Notes: generated from the letters alone by a model not told the origin. A stretch of 64,000 bases of DNA from Candidatus Kerfeldbacteria bacterium (GCA_016214565.1 JACROE010000002.1:280007-344006), one strand, 5' to 3'. Positions 29,299-38,264 are shown, numbered from the stretch's first letter. Numbers and translations: made by a program.

Positions 29299-29967
29299 CT
29301 ATTTCTTAAATTCGCGAAACGAACCCTCAGCCAGATTCCCCAGCTGATAATCGTCAATCCGCCTACGGACCAGACTGACCACCTGAGCGCCAACCGCCTC
29401 CACCATCCGACGTATCTGACGTTTCCACCCCTGATGCAAAATAATTTGATAGGTTGATCCATGTACTCTGGTCAACCGATCGACACGGGCCACACCCTCT
29501 TCGAGCCGTACGCCCTGGTGCAATTCGCTACTTTGCTGAGCGTTTAACGGCCGGGAGAGTGTCGCCTCGTATTCTTTTTCTTTGGTGTACCGCGGGTGGA
29601 CCAATTCATTTATAAAATTGCCATCATCGGATAATATCAGCAGTCCCGATGAATCTTTATCCAGGCGACCAGCGATAGCTAAATGCCGATACGTCTCGGG
29701 CAATAACTCAAATATGGATTGTTCACCATGATGCCGGGCATGCGTACACACATACCCAACTGGTTTGTGAAACAAAAGATAAGTAGGCGTTGACGCAGCA
29801 CTAATCTCGCGTCCGGAAACCGTCACACGATCATGATCAGGGTCAATCTCAGTACCGAGCGTTTGCTGAACAATACCGTTCACCATCACCTGACCTGCCA
29901 CAATCAAAGCGTCGGCCTTGCGGCGCGAAGCAATCCCACTGGCAGCGATAAATTTATTGATACGCAT
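29299..29967 (-). CDS. rluB: rRNA pseudouridine synthase (RsuA/RluB family)
   Basis: S4 domain MRINKFIAASGIASRRKAD; GRLDKDSSGL; GWKRQIRRM. Confidence 0.85.
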   Translation of the reverse strand: MRINKFIAASGIASRRKADALIVAGQVMVNGIVQQTLGTEIDPDHDRVTVSGREISAASTPTYLLFHKPVGYVCTHARHHGEQSIFELLPETYRHLAIAGRLDKDSSGLLILSDDGNFINELVHPRYTKEKEYEATLSRPLNAQQSSELHQGVRLEEGVARVDRLTRVHGSTYQIILHQGWKRQIRRMVEAVGAQVVSLVRRRIDDYQLGNLAEGSFREFKK

Positions 29968-30060
29968 ATCAAGTAGTATATCGCTTCTCAGTATAAATAA
30001 TAAAGGGCCGCCAGATGACAGCCCTTAGAACAAAGATAGCGACGTGAGAGAAAGCAGATG

Positions 30061-30819
30061 CTACCCGACTCGAGTGAGCCAGAAGATATACTCGCGTAAG
30101 AGTACCGGTGAAACCGCACTCGGATAGGCTATGGCGAGATATCGTTTAGATTCTCTCAAAAGCACCGTCTGAATTGGCGGATACAATGCGCTCTGTGAAG
30201 CGGCGTAATAATACTTTGCCCACGTTAATTGAACAAAGAAATACACAGCCGAATCGCTCTGCGGCACATGCTCTTGGAGCCACGTCAGATCAGCCGTCGC
30301 CTCATCCATCAATTCTGGTAAAAATCCCAATGCCTCTGCTGCTGCTGTAGCACGAATCAATCGCAACTGCACCTGATGGTGACCACCCAGTGAATCGCGA
30401 ATCAACGCCTCGGTGATTTTTTTGAAGCCGTCGCGTGCTTCATCGTACGCCGAGCCAGAGACTCCAAAAAGTTTGCCAATTCCGCGCAGCGCATTGCCAG
30501 CTTTCCCCCGATCGCTCACCTTGATCATCGCCAGTGAACCACGATACGCCTGCACCAAAGTAGTAGTGTCATGCTTGAACGACTTTTTGAGGAGTCGCTC
30601 AGCCTGATCCCGACTGTCGGGATAATGATGAAAAGCAAGATTGTGCAGCACGATGAGCTGTGCCATGCCAGTCGTATCACCGACCTGACTCAATGAATCA
30701 AGCGCCGTGCGCGCTTCTTCCTGAAATCGTAGATACAATGGCACCGGCGCCGCCTGTCCCAGTCTCACCATGATCGCCATCAGCAATGCCAACATTAGTG
30801 TTCGCACGTAAACCTCCAT
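30061..30819 (-). CDS. Orphan secreted helical protein
   Basis: Signal-peptide-like N-terminus; upstream promoter-like sequence and downstream hairpin. Confidence 0.65.
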   Translation of the reverse strand: MEVYVRTLMLALLMAIMVRLGQAAPVPLYLRFQEEARTALDSLSQVGDTTGMAQLIVLHNLAFHHYPDSRDQAERLLKKSFKHDTTTLVQAYRGSLAMIKVSDRGKAGNALRGIGKLFGVSGSAYDEARDGFKKITEALIRDSLGGHHQVQLRLIRATAAAEALGFLPELMDEATADLTWLQEHVPQSDSAVYFFVQLTWAKYYYAASQSALYPPIQTVLLRESKRYLAIAYPSAVSPVLLREYIFWLTRVG

Positions 30820-30950
30820 CGGATGTTAATACAATGAACTCTTTTAAATTGCTCTATCCTAGCATGCCCACCTTCTTTAGGCAATAATAAATACGCCCCG
30901 CACAATCATGGTGATGGTGAGGGGCGCATAATGGGAAATGGCGAAAGCGA

Positions 30951-31640
30951 CTACTGATAATGTTCATCGAAGATTTTCAACGAGTGGCGGAACCGCCGCA
31001 CCAGATTGATAATCGTCGGCAGCGACACACAGAGGGTCACCGACCAGAAAAAAAATTCATGACGCCACGGTCCGTTGATCAGCCACATACCGATGATGAC
31101 GAAACCAAGCGCCACGTGAAGACCCGCTCGCGTCAGCGGTTTCTTCTGCTGAAATCGCAGATTGAGCGATTCGATGCGCGCCCGATAATACGACGAGATA
31201 GGATGAGCGATCGCAGCTGCAATAAGCGCGATGAGGAAAAAACGATATCCCCCTAAATGCGTCGGCCAAACACTAATGATCTCTTCAACCCCGTAGAGAA
31301 TCAAACCGATGAATAAGAAACCATCATTGATGCGATCGACTGCTGGATCGAGGAAGGCTCCCTTTTGGCGCAACCGCTCAGATCGCTCTGGCATTGATCG
31401 CGCGAGTATTCCGTCCAATACGTCGCAGGCTCCGTTGCAGAGCAAAAAAATTCCCGCAAGAAACCAATGATCCAACCAAATCATGACCGCGGAAAAAGCG
31501 GCGAACCCAACGCTCGTATAGGTAAATACGTTCGGATCGATACCCACTCGTGCGCACCACCGGGCTAACGGCCCAAACACTCGAGCCATCAATTCATGCA
31601 GATGCGTGGCTTTGAATTCAGTAACTGGCCCTGTTTCCAT
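30951..31640 (-). CDS. CDP-alcohol phosphatidyltransferase family protein
   Basis: DPNVFT and DVLDGILAR...GAFLDPAVDRIND signature; SD AGGAGG. Confidence 0.9.
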   Translation of the reverse strand: METGPVTEFKATHLHELMARVFGPLARWCARVGIDPNVFTYTSVGFAAFSAVMIWLDHWFLAGIFLLCNGACDVLDGILARSMPERSERLRQKGAFLDPAVDRINDGFLFIGLILYGVEEIISVWPTHLGGYRFFLIALIAAAIAHPISSYYRARIESLNLRFQQKKPLTRAGLHVALGFVIIGMWLINGPWRHEFFFWSVTLCVSLPTIINLVRRFRHSLKIFDEHYQ

Positions 31641-31685
31641 ACTATCCTCCTATAATAATGCCTAAAGTACTATTCTAATCAGAGC

Positions 31686-32159
31686 CTAGGCTACTTGCTC
31701 CGGCGCGTCAAGACGCCGGTGCCATAAGAAACTCAACCACAACACCACCCCTCCAGTAATCATAAGGTCGGCTACATTGAAGCGTGGCATGCCCGTAATA
31801 TAAAAATAATCAATGACGGATCCATACTGAATCCGATCAACCATGTTTGAAAGGGCTCCCATGATAATACTGGCCACCCCCACCGCCTCCAGCCGTTGGC
31901 GCCGCATGCATAATCGAGCGCCATAAGCACTCAGCCCGAGCACTGCCCCACATATTAATGCAATCACTACCCAGGGGCGTCCGATTGTTAATCCATAGGC
32001 AATGCCCGTATTGTATTCTAATCGAATGCCCAGTATATCACCAAACACAAACCACCCTTCTGCCGGAATGACGTGCAGGGCAATAATTTTGAGTATACGA
32101 TCAGCGCAACCGAGTACCACCAGCACCGCACCGATTATGACAACTGTGCGGGTACGCAT
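31686..32159 (-). CDS. lspA: Lipoprotein signal peptidase II
   Basis: NTGIAYG, GALSNMVDR, GSVIDY, FNVAD. Confidence 0.92.
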   Translation of the reverse strand: MRTRTVVIIGAVLVVLGCADRILKIIALHVIPAEGWFVFGDILGIRLEYNTGIAYGLTIGRPWVVIALICGAVLGLSAYGARLCMRRQRLEAVGVASIIMGALSNMVDRIQYGSVIDYFYITGMPRFNVADLMITGGVVLWLSFLWHRRLDAPEQVA

Positions 32160-32168
32160 ATGAATGCA

Positions 32169-32549
32169 TTAACGCTTCGAGGCGCACGTCATGCATTTGG
32201 TCGCTCCAGGATAGGCGCGTAGGCGATCTTCTTCAATCGCGTTACCACACACCTCGCAGACGCCATACCGATCGTCTTCCATCCGAGCCAATGCGGAATT
32301 AACCTGTTCCAATTGCTCTTCGAGATTCCGCTCCAGGGAGATCGAATCCTGAAATTGAGCCACTTCAATCGCATTGTCTTCTTCTTTATCGCCCATATCG
32401 CTCCAGTGCGACTCGGCCGTATCTTTATCAAAAGAATCGCCGCCGGTCATGCCGTGAAGCTGCTTTTCCAAACGCTCTTTTTCTTGCTCTAAACGTTCTT
32501 TTTGCTCGTCGATAAACGCCTGATCAATTGACTGGGTACCGCTTGCCAT
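32169..32549 (-). CDS. DksA/TraR family C4 zinc-finger protein
   Basis: Coiled coil followed by YGVCEVCG...RLRAYPGATKCMTC; likely start MASGTQ. Confidence 0.9.
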   Translation of the reverse strand: MASGTQSIDQAFIDEQKERLEQEKERLEKQLHGMTGGDSFDKDTAESHWSDMGDKEEDNAIEVAQFQDSISLERNLEEQLEQVNSALARMEDDRYGVCEVCGNAIEEDRLRAYPGATKCMTCASKR

Positions 32550-32656
32550 ACGATTAGAATGGTAATAAATAATGAAGAGCCTTCTGCGGCTCGGGAGCAT
32601 TATAGCACACCTCCACAATTGTGCACTATGGTCTATCCACAACCCACGCCAGCGCC

Positions 32657-33931
32657 CTACGAATGCCGTTTCTGCATCGCAGCCGCGATCCGCTCAAGGG
32701 CGATGTGGTAAGCGGCTTGGCGCAGCGTGAGCCCCTGATCTAGGGCTCGTTTCCAGATAGCATCAAAGGTGGTCACCATCACCTCGCGCAGCTTACGCTG
32801 CACTTTTTCTTCCTCCCAGGATTCCGCATACGTATTTTGGAACCACTCAAAATAGCTGACCGTGACTCCCCCGGCATTCGCCAGGGAATCCGGCACCACC
32901 ACGCGGTTCCGAGCAAAGAGCGCCGCATCCGCTTCCGGGGTCAGCGCGCCATTTGCCACCTCCAAAATAATATCCGCTTGAACACGTTCAACATTATCTG
33001 CGGTAATTTGATTTTCCAGCGCCGCCGGGACCAGAATGTCGACGTCTAATTCGAGTAAAGCGTCATTGGTAATTTTTTGATAATTCTCACAATCACAAAC
33101 CGTACCGGCGCAGTAGCAACCGCCAATTTCTCCCTTTTCTTCTTTGGTCAGCATTATGTTTTTTGGATCCATGCCCTGGTGCCGTTTATCATAGATCGCG
33201 CCACGCGAATCAGACACGGCCACCACCCGGTATCCCGCATCATGCAAAATCTGCGCAATATGATATCCGGCGTTGCCAAAACCCTGAACCGCTACCGTTG
33301 TTTCCCGAGGAACAATGCCACGATGCGCCGCCAGAGCTTCAAGTACATAATACGCACCTTGTCCAGTCGCCGTATCCCGCCCTTGTGATCCACCCGCACT
33401 GATCGGCTTGCCGGTAAATGTAGCCGGCGTTGGCTTACCAGCCAGCTTCGAATACTCATCGGCCATCCAGGCCATAATCGTCGGATTGGTGTACACGTCC
33501 GGAGCTGGGATATCTTTCTCCGGACCGATATCTTTGAAAAATGCGCGAACCCAGGCTCGCGACAACCGTTCTAATTCTGCAGCTGACAATTCTTTTGGAT
33601 TTACCTGAATACCTCCCTTGCCGCCACCCATCGGAATATCCACCACCGCACACTTGATGGCCATGAGAAACGCCAGCGTTTTCACCTCATCGAGATTTGC
33701 TTCAGGATGAAATCTGATGCCGCCTTTGTACGGCCCTCGCGCATTATTAAATTGTACTCGATACCCACGAAAAACTTTTACTTCTCCTGAATCCATCGTG
33801 ATGGAAAGTTCTCGCTCAAGGATAGCATCAGGCATACCAATTTTCTCAATCTGCTCATCGGTCAGGCCGAGCGCACTGCCGGACTGTCGGAGATTATGCA
33901 TGGCATTATCAAACGGATTAATGGATGGCAT
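32657..33931 (-). CDS. gdhA: Glu/Leu/Phe/Val dehydrogenase (glutamate dehydrogenase)
   Basis: GPYKGGIRFHP, GGGKGG, DIPAPDV, VQGFGNAG, ANAGGVTVSYFEW; likely start MPSINPF. Confidence 0.92.
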   Translation of the reverse strand: MPSINPFDNAMHNLRQSGSALGLTDEQIEKIGMPDAILERELSITMDSGEVKVFRGYRVQFNNARGPYKGGIRFHPEANLDEVKTLAFLMAIKCAVVDIPMGGGKGGIQVNPKELSAAELERLSRAWVRAFFKDIGPEKDIPAPDVYTNPTIMAWMADEYSKLAGKPTPATFTGKPISAGGSQGRDTATGQGAYYVLEALAAHRGIVPRETTVAVQGFGNAGYHIAQILHDAGYRVVAVSDSRGAIYDKRHQGMDPKNIMLTKEEKGEIGGCYCAGTVCDCENYQKITNDALLELDVDILVPAALENQITADNVERVQADIILEVANGALTPEADAALFARNRVVVPDSLANAGGVTVSYFEWFQNTYAESWEEEKVQRKLREVMVTTFDAIWKRALDQGLTLRQAAYHIALERIAAAMQKRHS

Positions 33932-35135
33932 AGCGGGGAAATTGTAAATGATAAGCGGACAAAGCAAGACCAATAATGTTGACAGCGCGTCTGAGTAGCG
34001 CCGGCGATAATACAAAGGCGATGCGCACCTCATGCTTCCCGGCTCTCGGCGTTTGATAAAAACCAGATCCCGGGGCGATCAATACGGTCTCACCCTGATA
34101 TGTATATTTCGATACCAGCCATTCAGCAAAGTGCGCCACATCGCGAACGGGCAATCCCGCCATCACATACAGTCCTCCTTCTGGCACATACGTCGTCACA
34201 CCTGGCAACTTTTTGAGCGCACGCACTACCGCATCGCGACGAGTGCGATAAATCAATCGTACTGAATGCAAATATTTTTTATTCTGCCGCAGGAGCGGAA
34301 TGACAGACAGCTGCTCTATGGTCGCAGCGGACAAGCGACTCTGGGCAAATCGCTCACATGATTCGAGTACCTGCCGATTACGACTGACCAAGGCGCCCAC
34401 CCGCGCACCGCACAGATTGAATCGTTTGGAAACGCTATCGACAACGATCAATTGCTTTTGAATTGACCGCATGTTTAGAAAACTATGCGTCACGGACGCG
34501 CGAAAATTAAATTCTCGATACACTTCATCAGCTATGATAAATAATGAATGTTGCCGCGCGAGGCGCGCGAGGCGGTGCATCTCGGCATCGGATAAAATTG
34601 TCCCCGTGGGATTCGACGGATTGCAAATAATGATGGCGCGTGTTCGTTTCGAAATATGTCGTTCAATTTCCTTGGTTGACGGCAGGTGATAACCATTGGT
34701 AATTGATAACGGAATCGGAACGGTTTTCACGCCGAGCATTCGGGCGAACGAAATATAGCTTGGATAGGTTGGTTCAAATATCAGCACCTCATCTCCGGGA
34801 TCAGCCACGCTCATCAAAGCAAATTGCAACGCTTCGCTGCCGCCCACGGTGGCAATGATATTATCAATCGAAACGTGAATCTTAGCTTGGAGATAATACT
34901 GTTGCCAGGCCTGCCGCACCTCAGGATATCCCAGTGATGGAGCGTAGCCGACTACCGCGCCACGATACCGGCGAAGTGCATGAGTAAATGACGCCGGTGT
35001 CGGGAGATCCGGCTGGCCAATATTAACAAAATGTACGGCTACCCCCTGCCGCTGAGCGCGCATTGCTTTAGCATGAAACGTCCGCATGGGAGAGGCGGGA
35101 ACGGTTCTGCCGCGTTGTGAGATACGCAGTGTCAT
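33918..35135 (-). CDS. PLP-dependent class I/II aminotransferase (aspartate aminotransferase-like)
   Basis: NIGQPD, NPSNPTG, DEVYREF, DSVSKRFNLCGARVG; likely start MTLRISQRG. Confidence 0.92.
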   Translation of the reverse strand: MTLRISQRGRTVPASPMRTFHAKAMRAQRQGVAVHFVNIGQPDLPTPASFTHALRRYRGAVVGYAPSLGYPEVRQAWQQYYLQAKIHVSIDNIIATVGGSEALQFALMSVADPGDEVLIFEPTYPSYISFARMLGVKTVPIPLSITNGYHLPSTKEIERHISKRTRAIIICNPSNPTGTILSDAEMHRLARLARQHSLFIIADEVYREFNFRASVTHSFLNMRSIQKQLIVVDSVSKRFNLCGARVGALVSRNRQVLESCERFAQSRLSAATIEQLSVIPLLRQNKKYLHSVRLIYRTRRDAVVRALKKLPGVTTYVPEGGLYVMAGLPVRDVAHFAEWLVSKYTYQGETVLIAPGSGFYQTPRAGKHEVRIAFVLSPALLRRAVNIIGLALSAYHLQFPRYAIH

Positions 35136-35151
35136 AGTAGATGAGGCAATA

Positions 35152-35167
35152 TGTTCCACGTGAAACA
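35152..35167. promoter_or_regulatory. parS site 1
   Basis: TGTTCCACGTGAAACA matches the ParB/Spo0J parS consensus. Confidence 0.85.
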
Positions 35168-35205
35168 CGCAGGTAGTGTAGCTATGCCCCGATGGATGAA
35201 TAAAA

Positions 35206-36132
35206 TTATGAAGCGTGGAGAGCGGCTAAGTATTTTTCTGCATCGAGCGCCGCCATACAGCCCAAACCTGCCGCGGTCACTGCCTGCCGGTATTTCCAAT
35301 CTTGAGCATCCCCTCCAGCAAATACACCCTCAACCGACGTTTTGGTATTATCGGTCACCTTGATATACCCCTTAGTTAATTCAAGCGCTCCGCCTAAAAA
35401 TTCAGTATTTGGTTTATGCCCAATCGCCACAAACAACCCCTGTACGGGCACTGTTTCGACATCGCCTGACTCAATGTTCTTAACGCGAACCCCCGTCACA
35501 ACCGTGTCGCCCAATACTTCCTCCACGACGGTAGAGAACCGCATGGTAATCTTTGGGTTTGATTGAGCTCGCTCAATCATAATGCGGCTCGCTGCCATCT
35601 TTTCCTTCGGCCCTCGGACAATGACGGTGACTGATTTCGCAAATTTAGTCAAAAAGGTGGCCTCCTCCATCGCCGTATCACCGCCGCCGACGATAGCCAC
35701 ATCCTTATTTTTGAAGAAAAAAGCATCACAGGTAGCACAGGCGGAGACTCCTTTGCCCCGCAACCGCTGTTCACTCTCTAAACCAATCCACTTGGCACTG
35801 GCGCCGGTGGCAACGATAACCGTATCAGCGGTATATGATGTATTCGCTGTATTAATCGTAAAGGGTTTTTTGGTGAAATCAACGCTGGTGACATTGTCCA
35901 TCACGATCTCCGTGCCAAACCGTTTGGCCTGCTGCATCATCCGATCCATCAGGACCGGACCGGCAATGTCTTCGGTAAAGCCTGGATAATTCCCAACGTC
36001 AGAAGTCGTGGTTAACTGGCCGCCAGGCTGTTCCCCGGCAATTAATAATGGTTTAAGAGAGGCCCGACCTAAATAAATACCGGCGGTTAACCCCGCTGGT
36101 CCTGAACCAATGATAATAACTTGATGATGCAT
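35206..36132 (-). CDS. trxB: Thioredoxin reductase
   Basis: IIGSGPAG, GVSACATCD, VGGGDTA, GVFAGGD, RQAVTAAG. Confidence 0.97.
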   Translation of the reverse strand: MHHQVIIIGSGPAGLTAGIYLGRASLKPLLIAGEQPGGQLTTTSDVGNYPGFTEDIAGPVLMDRMMQQAKRFGTEIVMDNVTSVDFTKKPFTINTANTSYTADTVIVATGASAKWIGLESEQRLRGKGVSACATCDAFFFKNKDVAIVGGGDTAMEEATFLTKFAKSVTVIVRGPKEKMAASRIMIERAQSNPKITMRFSTVVEEVLGDTVVTGVRVKNIESGDVETVPVQGLFVAIGHKPNTEFLGGALELTKGYIKVTDNTKTSVEGVFAGGDAQDWKYRQAVTAAGLGCMAALDAEKYLAALHAS

Positions 36133-36144
36133 ACAGATATAAAG

Positions 36145-36468
36145 TTACGCCAGCGCCGCATTCAGCTGGCTAGCCATGGTTTCTTTAGTCTGAATGCCTG
36201 AGGCTTGCCAAACTATTTTACCGCCCTTAAATACGGCCAGGGTAGGAATACTCATGATGCCGTATTCCTGCGCCTTGACCGGGCTCTCGTCTACTTCGAG
36301 TTTTGCAACTTTTGCTTTGCCTTCAAATTCTCCAGCAACCTGCTCAATAATCGGTGCCTGTACCTGACACGGTCCGCACCACTCTGCCCAAAAATCAACC
36401 AAAACTGGTTTGTCAGATTTGAGGACTTCTTGATCAAAGGTTTCATCGGTCACATGTACTGCTGACAT
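36145..36468 (-). CDS. trxA: Thioredoxin
   Basis: VDFWAEWCGPC, IMSIPT. Confidence 0.97.
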   Translation of the reverse strand: MSAVHVTDETFDQEVLKSDKPVLVDFWAEWCGPCQVQAPIIEQVAGEFEGKAKVAKLEVDESPVKAQEYGIMSIPTLAVFKGGKIVWQASGIQTKETMASQLNAALA

Positions 36469-36490
36469 AGAATAATGAAATAATAAATTA

Positions 36491-36745
36491 TTAACTAAAT
36501 TTTAATAAGGTCGACGCCACTTTATTCAGGCGCTGCATGTCTTTCTTTGAACTGGAACGCAAGCAGCTGTCCGTCTCTTGTTGTAACAATTTCAAAGTGG
36601 CTTGTTCAATCGAGGAACGTGCGGCCATCAGCTGGATAATCACTTCGTCGCAATTGCGGCAATCCTGAACCATCCGCTCGACGCCATCGAGCTGGCCTTT
36701 GATACGGTGAATATGATTAATAAACTGTTGATCGTCTTTCTTCAT
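36491..36745 (-). CDS. CsoR/RcnR family repressor
   Basis: RIKGQLDGVERMV...CDEVIIQLMAARSSI...C; start MKKDDQQ lies immediately after the operator. Confidence 0.88.
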   Translation of the reverse strand: MKKDDQQFINHIHRIKGQLDGVERMVQDCRNCDEVIIQLMAARSSIEQATLKLLQQETDSCLRSSSKKDMQRLNKVASTLLKFS

Positions 36746-36747
36746 AG

Positions 36748-36792
36748 ATATACCCCCTGGGGGTATATTACCACGTCTCTTCAATTTGTCAA
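36748..36792 (-). promoter_or_regulatory. Promoter overlapped by a CsoR-type palindromic operator
   Basis: Minus strand TTGACA-16-TAATAT; palindrome ATATACCCCC-T-GGGGGTATAT at 36748-36768. Confidence 0.85.
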
Positions 36793-36867
36793 CACCCGCC
36801 ATATCCTGGCAACAATACAAAAAGAAACGTTTTACTTCTTACTAATATATGTCAGACTTTTTTCTTC

Positions 36868-36976
36868 GGGGCACCCCGTCCGGCCCTGCCGGATGGGGAA
36901 AAGCGGGCACATTGCTGACGTGCGGAGTGGGACGAACTTGATTCGTCACACGAAGGACGAAGTAATTGTGAACGCG
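36868..36976. repeat. Structured ~109-nt element, copy A, abutting the tRNA-Ala 3' end
   Basis: Two hairpins; aligns with 49300-49406 with compensatory changes. Confidence 0.7.
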
Positions 36977-37052
36977 TGGTGGACCTCAGGGGAGTCGAAC
37001 CCCTCACCTCTTCCATGCCATGGAAGCGCTCTACCAGATGAGCTAGAGGCCC
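36977..37052 (-). tRNA. tRNA-Ala(GGC)
   Basis: GGGCCTCTAGCTCATCTGGTAGAGCG-CTTCCATGGCATGGAAG-...GGTTCGACTCCCCTGAGGTCCACCA; G3:U70 pair. Confidence 0.95.
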
Positions 37053-37111
37053 AAGGTGAATGTAACTAGTAGATTATCATAATTATAATTCTTGGCAATC
37101 TTTTAATAAAA

Positions 37112-37127
37112 TGTTCCACGTGGAACA
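37112..37127. promoter_or_regulatory. parS site 2
   Basis: Perfect palindrome TGTTCCACGTGGAACA. Confidence 0.9.
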
Positions 37128-37234
37128 TTAAAAAGATTTATGTTAAACTTTGCAACTAATGAGAAAGTTCATAAATTTATTTAAAGAAACAAAGAAACCA
37201 AATAGAACAAACTCTCAAATGAAAGGTTTAAACC

Positions 37235-37738
37235 ATGAAAGCGTTAACCATCAGAATTGGTGTTACGCCTCGTTCGAAACAGTACCTTCCAGCGGAAATT
37301 TTCCATCCATCTGTCCCAACGGTACTTAAGGTTACCTTGCCGAAAAGACGAGGAAAAGGTAAAGAGCACTTTCGCCTAACCTTAGAGGTAGTCACTTTCT
37401 GCCATCAACGGTCGGAATGGCCGACTGTCTTAAATTTGAAAAGGTCAAAATGCCACTTTTCCTTTGTTGCAAGTGATGAATCCTCTGAAAACCCCGGTGG
37501 AATCTTTGCACGCATTGCAATGAACCGATATCAGCGGGGCTTAACCAAAAGAGGTACAAGGTGGATCTACCGCTACGGATCATTACATTGGGAAAGCAGA
37601 CATGCTTTTATTCACCAAAGTGACACTTTGAAACCTCCCACCGAGGCCAAGGTGTCGAAATGGATCATGATTAGCATCGTCAACCTCAGTACCGAATTCT
37701 ACGACTGGCTCGAGGAAGTTGAAAAAGTTAGTGCTTAA
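37235..37738 (+). CDS. Orphan hypothetical protein
   Basis: 167-aa ORF with GAAAGG upstream and a strong terminator. Confidence 0.6.
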   Translation: MKALTIRIGVTPRSKQYLPAEIFHPSVPTVLKVTLPKRRGKGKEHFRLTLEVVTFCHQRSEWPTVLNLKRSKCHFSFVASDESSENPGGIFARIAMNRYQRGLTKRGTRWIYRYGSLHWESRHAFIHQSDTLKPPTEAKVSKWIMISIVNLSTEFYDWLEEVEKVSA

Positions 37739-37760
37739 AATAGCAATTTTTTCTAAACTC

Positions 37761-37789
37761 AAAAGACTCCTGATTTCAGGAGTCTTTTT
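37761..37789 (+). terminator. Intrinsic terminator, probably bidirectional
   Basis: AAAAGACTCCTGA-TT-TCAGGAGTCTTTTT. Confidence 0.8.
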
Positions 37790-37817
37790 CTATTATCTAA
37801 ATAAATGGTTTTCAAAT

Positions 37818-37833
37818 TGTTCCACGTGGAACA
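37818..37833. promoter_or_regulatory. parS site 3
   Basis: Perfect palindrome TGTTCCACGTGGAACA. Confidence 0.9.
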
Positions 37834-37947
37834 ATTTATAAGCTAAAATAACCACTGCCGTTGTTTTTCCAAAAAATCATAAAAACATAATAACACATAG
37901 CCCCAATGCTTTCTGCTACTATATATTTCAGAACATGTATGCGTAAT

Positions 37948-38020
37948 TGGACCAAAGGGGAGTCGAACCCCTGACCTCTGCAATGCGAATGCAGCGCTCT
38001 ACCAACTGAGCTATTGGCCC
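37948..38020 (-). tRNA. tRNA-Ala(CGC); CCA not encoded
   Basis: GGGCCAATAGCTCAGTTGGTAGAGCG-CTGCATTCGCATTGCAG-...GGTTCGACTCCCCTTTGGTCCA. Confidence 0.95.
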
Positions 38021-38040
38021 ACAGTTCTAAATAAATATCG

Positions 38041-38115
38041 TGGTACCCCCACCAGGAATCGAACCTAGATCCATCCCTTAGGACGGGATTGTTCTATCCA
38101 TTGAACTATGGGGGC
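38041..38115 (-). tRNA. tRNA-Arg(CCT)
   Basis: GCCCCCATAGTTCAATGGATAGAAC-AATCCCGTCCTAAGGGAT-...GGTTCGATTCCTGGTGGGGGTACCA. Confidence 0.93.
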
Positions 38116-38138
38116 AAAAATTTAAAATGCTTTTAATA

Positions 38139-38154
38139 TGTTCCACATGGAACA
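38139..38154. promoter_or_regulatory. parS site 4 (one mismatch)
   Basis: TGTTCCACATGGAACA. Confidence 0.8.
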
Positions 38155-38264
38155 TATGCAGTGTATATTTTTGTGTTATGTATTTTTTCTCTTAAATTAG
38201 CCAAAAAAATGAGTTTAAAATAGTTATTTGGCCAACTTTATTTAAAAAATTGAGTCGTAAAAGA

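Noticed and set aside
35151-35363. ORF starts MFHVKH / MFHVEH
   Set aside because: These peptides are translations of the parS palindrome; the aminotransferase start was moved to 35135.
36868-36976. Hammerhead ribozyme or integron attC site
   Set aside because: CTGA is present but the CUGANGA/GAAA core is incomplete; there are no RYYYAAC/GTTRRRY ends and no integrase.
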